Positions 46,271 through 53,714 of a stretch of DNA of 64,000 nucleotides are shown one piece after another. Under the pieces are notes generated by a model. The model had not been told where the DNA came from. It ran no database searches and saw only the letters and a list, made by a program, of their open reading frames with translations. This stretch comes from an uncultured Gemmatimonadota bacterium. GTDB taxonomy: Bacteria > SM23-81 > DAOVCL01. How positions within the stretch are numbered: the stretch's first letter is position 1; each line of letters starts with the position of its first letter. The stretch is from NCBI GenBank assembly GCA_964626665.1, contig CAZVGK010000006.1, positions 32,001 to 96,000 of the forward strand, in the 5' to 3' direction. Made by a program: the position numbers and the translations under genes.

Positions 46271-47864
46271 AGAAGGCCTCCCTGTATTCCTCCCAGAGCC
46301 TCTCCTTTCCTTCCCCTCCTTCCACTATCTCCCAGGGGAAAGTTTCCTCCTTGCCCTTCTGCCGATAGATATAAGGGTATGGATCAATGCCGCCCCTCTC
46401 CCAGGCCTGGTTCCAACTGATGTTCTCCTCTATGCGGTGGTAGAGAGCCATCCCCACCTTTCTGTTCCCCAAGGAGATGATGGCCTGAAGGGTGGCCTGG
46501 TGAGGGCTTTTTTGCACCCACCTTACCCCCATCCTTCTTATTCCCAATTCCAACCTCTTCAGTTTCCCCTTCATTTCCCTTTTCGCCTCTAAGGGGAGCC
46601 ATTGAAAGGGGGTGTGTGGTTTGGGGATGAGGGGGTTTATGCTCACCGTTATCGCCTGGGTCCGGGGGGAGAAAGCTTTGGTAATTTTTTGGGTCAAATC
46701 TAATATCCCCTCAATCTCCTCTTCCTCCTCCTGGGGAGTTCCTATTAGATAATAGATTTTCATTCTCGTAAAACCAATTTGGGAGGCCAGCCTAACCCCG
46801 GCGAGGATGATCTCTTCCTCTACTTTCTTTCCCAAGATGACTCTTGTCCTCTCCGTCCCCCCTTCAGGGGCGATGGTGAGCCCTCTGGCCCCGGAGCCGA
46901 AGATGGCCTCTAAGAGCTTGGGGCGGAAGGAGTCAATGCGCAAGGAGGAGAGGCTGAGGAGATAGCCCTCCGCTGCCAGATGGATGCATACCTCCTGCAG
47001 GCTGGGCAAATCGGAGAGGGAGGAACCGATGAGCCCAATTCTTTTGGTTATCCCCTTAGCCCCATCTGCCTCTCTGTAAATTCTCTCCGTGGTCTTGAAT
47101 CTTAGGGGGTAATAAATCTGTCGGGCAGCACAGAAACGGCACCTCCTGCCGCATCCCCTGGCCACCTCAATGAGATACATATTCGCAAAATAGGCCAGAG
47201 GGGTGACCACTTGAGAGAGAAGGGGGAGCTCGTTTAAGTTCCTCACCTGCCTCCTCTTTATCCTCTCCGGTAATCCTTCCTCCTTGGGGAGTGGGGGACC
47301 GGGATGGTCATCCCTGTAGAGGCTGGGGACATAGATTCCCTCTATCTGAGCAAATTGCCTGAGAAGTTCCCCTTTGCTGTGGTTTCTATCTTCTAACATT
47401 AGGCGACAGATCTTTGCCACTGCCCCCTCCGCCTCTCCAATGAGGATAAGATCAAAGAAGGGAGCCAGGGGTTCTGGGTTAATGGTGGGGGCTGCCCCCC
47501 CGCAGAGGAGCAGTGGCCTTCCCCTTTGGGAGGAGAGGAGAGGGATCTTCGCCTCCTTTAGAATTCGTAGGGAGTTAGGGTAGTCGAGCTCGTAAGGTAG
47601 GGAGAAACAGACCAAGTCAAAATTCCTCAAGGGGGTTTGGCTCTTCAGTGTCCTGCCTAATGGTTGTTCCAGGAAGAACCTCTCGCAACTTACGCCATCC
47701 TGCAGGTTGAAGAGCATCCACACGGTCTGAAAGCCGAGGTTGGAGATTCCCACCTGATAGCGGTTAGCATAACCCAGGGCTACCCTTAACCTCCCTCCCC
47801 TTTTGGGGAGCTCTACCCCTTTTTCCTCGTGGAGTATTCTGTTAACTATTGGAGTCATATTCAT
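46263..47864 (-). CDS. Radical SAM protein with N-terminal B12-binding-like domain
   Basis: YQVGISNLG, GGAAPTINPEP, IGEAE, RGCGRRCRFC, APEGGTER, PKPHTPFQW. Confidence 0.88.
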   Translation of the reverse strand: MNMTPIVNRILHEEKGVELPKRGGRLRVALGYANRYQVGISNLGFQTVWMLFNLQDGVSCERFFLEQPLGRTLKSQTPLRNFDLVCFSLPYELDYPNSLRILKEAKIPLLSSQRGRPLLLCGGAAPTINPEPLAPFFDLILIGEAEGAVAKICRLMLEDRNHSKGELLRQFAQIEGIYVPSLYRDDHPGPPLPKEEGLPERIKRRQVRNLNELPLLSQVVTPLAYFANMYLIEVARGCGRRCRFCAARQIYYPLRFKTTERIYREADGAKGITKRIGLIGSSLSDLPSLQEVCIHLAAEGYLLSLSSLRIDSFRPKLLEAIFGSGARGLTIAPEGGTERTRVILGKKVEEEIILAGVRLASQIGFTRMKIYYLIGTPQEEEEEIEGILDLTQKITKAFSPRTQAITVSINPLIPKPHTPFQWLPLEAKREMKGKLKRLELGIRRMGVRWVQKSPHQATLQAIISLGNRKVGMALYHRIEENISWNQAWERGGIDPYPYIYRQKGKEETFPWEIVEGGEGKERLWEEYREAFSI

Positions 47865-48249
47865 TGCTCAGACCTTCAAGGGATTCCCCGCTGAATTGTT
47901 ATGATTTTCTTATTTGTTTGTGTAGATTTGTCTATTCGTGTTATTCGTGTTCTATCAGTGAAATCCGTGTAATCTGTGGCTCTTTTCCCAAAGGCGAGGT
48001 GGCAGAACCCTGATTCTGCCACCTTCCCCCTGCCGTGGGGTAAAGGCACTTGATGGCTGGCGAAGCTTCGCCTTCCCGGCCAGGGACGGACAAACCGTCA
48101 AGCCCTGATAACCCAAACTGGGCGAAGCTCCGAATTTCAAATTGAAAATTGCAAAGTGTAAAAGTAAAAATCGTTATTGTCTCCAACCTGTTAAGCCCAT
48201 AGCTTAGCTTTAATTTTGATATTTTCAATTTACAATCTGCAATTTACAA

Positions 48250-48307
48250 TTGCTGGCTGCAAACCATACCATAAATTTCAAGAAGTTGCCTTATGAAGCC
48301 AGCTAGT
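48250..48307. repeat. 58-bp MITE-like element, copy 2
   Basis: Same ends and length as 1329..1386. Confidence 0.7.
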
Positions 48308-48324
48308 GGTGAACTGTTAACCAT

Positions 48325-48360
48325 AAAAAAGCAAAAAGCCGAGCTCCTCAACACTCGGCT
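48325..48360 (-). terminator. Intrinsic terminator
   Basis: Minus strand AGCCGAG-loop-CTCGGCT followed by TTTTGCTTTTTT. Confidence 0.7.
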
Positions 48361-48387
48361 GGATGGGGCAAGCTGTAATAGGCAGTT

Positions 48388-49047
48388 TCAGATCTCCTCC
48401 TCCTCCAAAAGGGAACCAATGGCCCGGTTGAGCGCATCCAGGGTGGCAAATATGACCGCTCTACCCAGGTCTCCCTTTACAAAGGCACAGCCAATGAGTT
48501 TCATCTCCTCCCGGGTAGAGAGGGAAGTAATTGAGGCCAAGATTACCTCATGGCTAGCCAAGGAAACGGAGACGACATCCTCTAAGACCAGAGAGTAGTT
48601 TGGTTTGAGAAATTTCTCCACTGCCTTCAAGGTTGCCTGGCTAATTAATCTTAGTTGGTTTTTCCTTGAGTTTGGCCCGGAGGCAACCCCTGAGGAGACT
48701 ACACTGTCCCTGACCAGTTCCACCTGGACTTCTGTCTGGAGCCCAGAAACGGAGAGGTCAAGGCCAGAGAACTTTATGCGAGGGGATAAAGCTGGATGGG
48801 TCTCCTCACCCTTTACCTGAGCAACGGATACCTTCTTATGATCGATCCTTATCCCAAACCTGGTGACTAAGGCAGACTCGATGTCCCTGACTATCTGCTT
48901 TGGGGAGCGGTCAAAATTGGCCAGGACATGAATCTCCTCGATGTTTTGGCTTCCGTTAAAGGCGATGTGGGAGGAGATTATCCCTTGAAGTTCGTTAATT
49001 GCCCCTTCTAACTCCCTTTCTAACTTGTGTATATCCTCTAATGCCAA
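48388..49047 (-). CDS. Conserved hypothetical protein
   Basis: EEIHVLA...PKQIVRDIESAL...IDHKKVSVAQ...ATLDALNR; TTG start with GGGGGTGG RBS; own promoter and terminator. Confidence 0.75.
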   Translation of the reverse strand: MALEDIHKLERELEGAINELQGIISSHIAFNGSQNIEEIHVLANFDRSPKQIVRDIESALVTRFGIRIDHKKVSVAQVKGEETHPALSPRIKFSGLDLSVSGLQTEVQVELVRDSVVSSGVASGPNSRKNQLRLISQATLKAVEKFLKPNYSLVLEDVVSVSLASHEVILASITSLSTREEMKLIGCAFVKGDLGRAVIFATLDALNRAIGSLLEEEEI

Positions 49048-49929
49048 TTACCACCCCCGGTTAACAGGGATAAAGTTTTTGAGGGTTTTTGATGAGCGAT
49101 GCAGGCTTTAGCTTGTGAAAATGAGCCTTCTGAATCAGCCGAATACGCAACCTGAAGGTTGCGGCTAATTTTCGACATTTTTGCAGTACATTTATTAACT
49201 AAAAGATAATAAAAAATCGGGGTATAGTCAAGCCATTTTTCTCAATGGGCAATGGAGCATCTATCCCGAATGATTCATATGCCACAAAGGAGCCAAGGCA
49301 CAAGGTCTTGATTATATGTAGGTTAAACAGGTGTTTAAGGAGTAACACGGGGGAAATCAATTTGATACACGGGTGTTTTATGTTTAACCTTCTTAGAGGC
49401 TTCGTGGCCAAATTCACTACCGAGGGGTTAGATCTCCTAATCTGACTGTGGCAACTTGATTAAAAATATGGGAAGTGTCCCTAATTTTCTGATCTGCCTG
49501 ACGGAATTATCCACAAAATGTGAAGTTCTAAGAACTTAGCCGTCAGGGGACTTTTCTGAGGGGATGGACAGGATTTTCAAAAAAAATATGCCAGGAAACC
49601 CGTTCATATGAGGCGGGGGTGAATAGCATCCTTTTCCAAGAAGCCATCAAGGGATGATAGGCACTAAGGGCGAGCAATAGATCAATCAGAAAATCGCCGG
49701 TTTTCGTGAGGCCGAAAAGCCCCACCGCTTGTGATGGGGATAGGTCTCACGAGGCGATTTTCTTTGGTTTATGTAGCCGACGCGGCGGTAAGCCGCATCC
49801 GGCTTTAGTGGCTGGCTAAGCTTCAAAGATAACTTGTTACATATCAAGCCTCGTTTTCGCCCGCCAGACCGGGTCAAATTGTCACGAGTAAAGATTTGAC
49901 CCCTGTTTAATATTAGATGGTGGCGATTC

Positions 49930-50556
49930 CTATAGTTGGGCCCCAAGGCTGAGCTGTCCTGATGTGACCTTGAGGTCCTTGCCACCATCAACCTTTAACG
50001 AGAAGGTCGTTCTGCCCTTGCGAACGGATATGTCGCTTTTCCATCCCTGCGGGGACAGCTCGACTGAGGTTTTGTGATGCTTTCCCTTGTGAGTGAACTT
50101 GCCTGAGACCTTCCCTTCTGACAACCGCAGGTTCACGGAGCCTTGGCGCGTCAAGCGTGACCTAAAAGACCCGGAGGGGCGCCCGGATTCATCCAGCTTC
50201 AGATTGAAGTTGTGGTGATCGCTATTGATCTTGATCAAACCCTTAAGCTTCTTCTTACCTCCCCGGACGCGCGCCACGCCAGCTCGGATGTCTAACTCCA
50301 GCCCGTCGTCTTGCAGCTCCCTGTAGGATCCGCTAACAGAACCGTCTCGTTCGAGGTCGAGAGTCAGTAAATGCGTGTCGCCCGAGTGGATCAGTGAACC
50401 GGAGAGCTTGCCCCGCGCCGAATTCAACCTTATAGCCGCGTGGTCTGAGAAATTGTAAACTGCACCCCCGCGGATCTTGCCGGTACCAGTATCGGCAGTA
50501 AGTTCAAGGGAGTGATGATCACCGTGGTGTTTCACAGTCGCCTTCGGATTACTCAT
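49930..50556 (-). CDS. Hypothetical beta-strand-rich, internally repetitive protein
   Basis: Repeats HxGDxHxLxL...GxxSG; AAGGAGG RBS; no signal peptide. Confidence 0.7.
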   Translation of the reverse strand: MSNPKATVKHHGDHHSLELTADTGTGKIRGGAVYNFSDHAAIRLNSARGKLSGSLIHSGDTHLLTLDLERDGSVSGSYRELQDDGLELDIRAGVARVRGGKKKLKGLIKINSDHHNFNLKLDESGRPSGSFRSRLTRQGSVNLRLSEGKVSGKFTHKGKHHKTSVELSPQGWKSDISVRKGRTTFSLKVDGGKDLKVTSGQLSLGAQL

Positions 50557-50582
50557 CTGCTGCCTCCTTCCCGCCCCTTCAG

Positions 50583-50954
50583 TTAAAACTCTACAATTGA
50601 TTTGGCAATAACAGCAAAGAGTACCGCTACGCTCAAATTGACGAGTGTCCCAAGAAGGTAGTAGGAGGGATTCTGCTCCAGTTTTTCCTTACGAACGAAC
50701 TCCTTGGCCGCAATGACGATGGCCAGTGCGCTGAACTCTCCCTTGCACACAAGAATGAAGATCAGCAGAGTTTCGCAGAATCCAATCCAGAATCCAGTCG
50801 ACTTGGGATCAAATGGGCGAGAGGAATTGCTCTCCGGCAAGATCTTTTTCTGGATGCCGTTGGCCTTTAGTTTCGGTATGGCCAAACGGATGAGCAACGT
50901 CGAGACTATAAAGGAAAACAGAAACAGTCCGACCAAATAAAGATAATCAATCAT
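50583..50954 (-). CDS. Small membrane protein like the C-terminal part of SatE/DUF3307-associated proteins
   Basis: WIGFCETLLIFI...AAKEFVR...YYLLGTL; 3-4 TM segments; adjacent to SatD. Confidence 0.7.
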   Translation of the reverse strand: MIDYLYLVGLFLFSFIVSTLLIRLAIPKLKANGIQKKILPESNSSRPFDPKSTGFWIGFCETLLIFILVCKGEFSALAIVIAAKEFVRKEKLEQNPSYYLLGTLVNLSVAVLFAVIAKSIVEF

Positions 50955-50985
50955 TTCCTATGGATTTCGAGAAGTAAATGACTTT

Positions 50986-51627
50986 TCATTGTTTCAGCCT
51001 GAGCAGTAGGTCTCTGATGGTTCGCTGGACATCTAATATTAGTGCCGCCTTGCTCCTCTTTACGGCATCGGAAACTGACTGAGGATGTTTCCTCAGTTTG
51101 CGCGCCACATTCTTTTGCGTAAAACCTTGCTCAAGGAGAATAAACACCTCTCTCTGGTACTTTGTCATATCCTCAAAAAAAGCATTGCTCATTTCCGTCA
51201 AACAGGTGAGGACTGAATCAAAAATGGGCTCACCAAGGAGCCAGCAGCAGAACCTGTTTCTCTTCTTGATACGCTGCATGGCTTCGTTGGCTTTCTTGAA
51301 TACCTCACCCCCAACTTTGCGGATATCCTTTGAAGACACAGCAATCTTCCCTCGGGTCACCACGAATCGGAGGCCGACATCAGGATAGAGCACATTCCGC
51401 ACATCCATCACCACATCAAACAGTCGGGCAGGCGTGGTGAAAAGGCCGGCTACCTCGTCCCCATAGCTCATGCTTAGACCGAGGACAGGTTTCGGTTTGA
51501 GGGTGCGGTTGATTCGTTGGAGCTCCACTTCCAGCTTCTCCATAAACTGGCGTGCCTTTGGCGTAGCCAGCCGAGTGGATCCCCTAATGTCAATCAGAAG
51601 CAAGTAGTAATCAGCGCGCGCATCCAT
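50986..51627 (-). CDS. SatD family protein (nucleotide-cyclase-like domain + HTH)
   Basis: IDIRGST, YGDEV, GEVFKKA, TQKNVARKL...QSVS; ATG 51627 lies 8 nt after TTGATT-17-TATCAT. Confidence 0.8.
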   Translation of the reverse strand: MDARADYYLLLIDIRGSTRLATPKARQFMEKLEVELQRINRTLKPKPVLGLSMSYGDEVAGLFTTPARLFDVVMDVRNVLYPDVGLRFVVTRGKIAVSSKDIRKVGGEVFKKANEAMQRIKKRNRFCCWLLGEPIFDSVLTCLTEMSNAFFEDMTKYQREVFILLEQGFTQKNVARKLRKHPQSVSDAVKRSKAALILDVQRTIRDLLLRLKQ

Positions 51628-52042
51628 CAGAAACAATGATATAGCATTGATTATTTAAAATCAACTTTTTTCCATTTAGTCAGGTGGTACCCTATTGAAG
51701 TCTCGCCTTCTCGGCTGGGGACGGGCAAACCGTCCAGTTATGGCAACATAAACAAGGCAAAGCTTCGAATATAGAATTCGTCCAGTTAAATATTTGAGGG
51801 TAAATCCTTCTTCTCATAATTCCGTTTCGGCCTCTCTAATTTTTGGTGGGACTTGCCATTTAGAGGGGGTGAAGAATGTAGAATTAAGATCGAGCACAAG
51901 AACATTTTCATAACCACCGCCTACATGTGCATTACTCACTCGTCTCGTCTGCGGATGGTGGGTACGTCTTGGACGAAATGATTATGGGTTCAGATTGATT
52001 GAAGAACAGGATTATCAATTCTTGTTGGGCCGTCTTCCTCTC

Positions 52043-52528
52043 TTACGCTTCCGACTTCCTACCGCTGTGCAGCATCCTCACAGCTTTCTCCAATTCGGCA
52101 ACGCGATGGAGAAGCTCTTGGTACGTGGGGATCTCGACGCTGCCAGATGGGGGTTTGGAGAACACCGCTTCCACCTGACGGGCGAAATCCTCACGGTCCG
52201 CAATGAACTCCACAGGTGCTGAGACCTTCTGACGACTACGCAGCACTGGGTCGAGAATTCGAAATGCAACTACTTCTGCTTCCGCCATATACTGCTCAAA
52301 GAGCGGGTGGAGCCACCACCGGACTTCAGTAACCCTATCTGGATCGAGAGAAACTGCTGAAGCGCCCGTAACTATGCTGCTGTCCTTGCGGACAAGGTGC
52401 TGAAGCAGACGCTGTCGGATGTTCTTGGTCACACCCACATAGGCGATGTACCGGTGTCGCCCGTGGCCCGCGCACAGCGCGTATATGCCTGCGCTCTTTG
52501 GTGCCGCAGAAAGTAGTGAGACAATCAT
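52043..52528 (-). CDS. GIY-YIG nuclease family protein
   Basis: AGIYALC...AYVGVTKNIRQRLLQHL...AE. Confidence 0.75.
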   Translation of the reverse strand: MIVSLLSAAPKSAGIYALCAGHGRHRYIAYVGVTKNIRQRLLQHLVRKDSSIVTGASAVSLDPDRVTEVRWWLHPLFEQYMAEAEVVAFRILDPVLRSRQKVSAPVEFIADREDFARQVEAVFSKPPSGSVEIPTYQELLHRVAELEKAVRMLHSGRKSEA

Positions 52529-52740
52529 CTATGTTTCTTTACTGCTCAACATAATACCGTCAGGACTATGGTTTTTCTTATTTCCAATATTGGGAATAGA
52601 TTTCCTTCGGCATCAATATACTAACTCCCAAGAAAAAGTCAACCTCGGTTTGTTTTTTGTGCGTGGAAATCATATTGGCCGAAGATGGACAAATACAGGA
52701 TTAACAGTTGAGTGATCTAAAAAAGGGGTATAATACACAT

Positions 52741-52864
52741 ATTGTCTGTTCGGAGATACCTATATTTCTTGTCATTCCGGCAATTTTTAAGCCGGAATCT
52801 ACTTAAAATCAGTAATGGATTCCCGCTAACGGCGTGCGGGAATGACAAATTCGGACAGACACTA
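52741..52864. mobile_element. MITE-like element with internal REP hairpins
   Basis: Ends ATTGTCTGTTCGGA / TTCGGACAGACACT; internal GTCATTCCGGC..GCCGGAAT and ATTCCCGC..GCGGGAATGAC. Confidence 0.55.
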
Positions 52865-52889
52865 TTTAGGTGGAATCCCTGATATAGGC

Positions 52890-53714
52890 TTAAAATTTTT
52901 CCCTCACATAATCCACTGCATTTCTGAATATCTTAATCCCATCCCCCTCCTCATCAGCCAGGAATTTACCGGCTCGCTTGAGTTCCTCCTTTCTCCCTGT
53001 CCAGTCCGGATGATTGGTGAAGTGATTGTAAGCCTCGGGGTGAGGCATTAAGCCAAAGATTCGCCCTGTGGGGTCGCAGATGCCAGCGATGTCCTCCAAA
53101 GAGCCATTCGGATTTAAAGGAAACTTCCCTCTGGCAGGTTCACCCTCAGAAGTGGCATACTGGAAAACAACCTGATCCTTCTCAAAGAGCCTTTGGATCA
53201 CCTCTGGTGGGGCATAGAATTTTCCCTCCCCATGTCTTATCGGTAATTCCAGCATATCAATTCCCCGGGTGAAACCGCACGGTGACTCCCTGGTCTTTAA
53301 GTGGACCCATTGATCCCTGAAATTTCCACAATCATTAAAGGTTAAAGCCACATTCCGTTCATCATAATTATTATCAAATCCTGGCAAAAGCCCCAGGTTA
53401 ACAAGCGCCTGAAATCCATTACAGATGCCGATAATTAGCTTGCCATCCTCGATAAATTCTCTCAGTTGTTGGCCGATGTTATACTTCAACCTGGTGGAGA
53501 GAATCACCCCTGCCCCATGATCATCTGCCCACGAGAAACCACCATCGAAGGCAAGGATGTGATAGTCATCCAGATCTTCTATTTGACCCAGCCCTTCCCC
53601 CTTTATCAGCTCATTGATGTGCACCCTTTTTGAGTCTGCTCCGGCTAACTTCAGGGCATAGTGGGTCTCATAGTCGCAATTTAACCCATATCCGGTAAGA
53701 ACAAGGGCCTTCAT
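52890..53714 (-). CDS. purQ: Phosphoribosylformylglycinamidine synthase subunit PurQ
   Basis: GYGLNCDYET, GGFSWADD, GICNGFQ, HGEGK, NPNGS, GLMPHPE. Confidence 0.93.
   Translation of the reverse strand: MKALVLTGYGLNCDYETHYALKLAGADSKRVHINELIKGEGLGQIEDLDDYHILAFDGGFSWADDHGAGVILSTRLKYNIGQQLREFIEDGKLIIGICNGFQALVNLGLLPGFDNNYDERNVALTFNDCGNFRDQWVHLKTRESPCGFTRGIDMLELPIRHGEGKFYAPPEVIQRLFEKDQVVFQYATSEGEPARGKFPLNPNGSLEDIAGICDPTGRIFGLMPHPEAYNHFTNHPDWTGRKEELKRAGKFLADEEGDGIKIFRNAVDYVREKF

Noticed and set aside
51715-51770. c-di-GMP-I riboswitch (GGCAAAC...GCAAAGC)
   Set aside because: Lacks the GNRA hairpin and GACGCAAAGC junction, is antisense to flanking genes, and belongs to a three-copy repeat.
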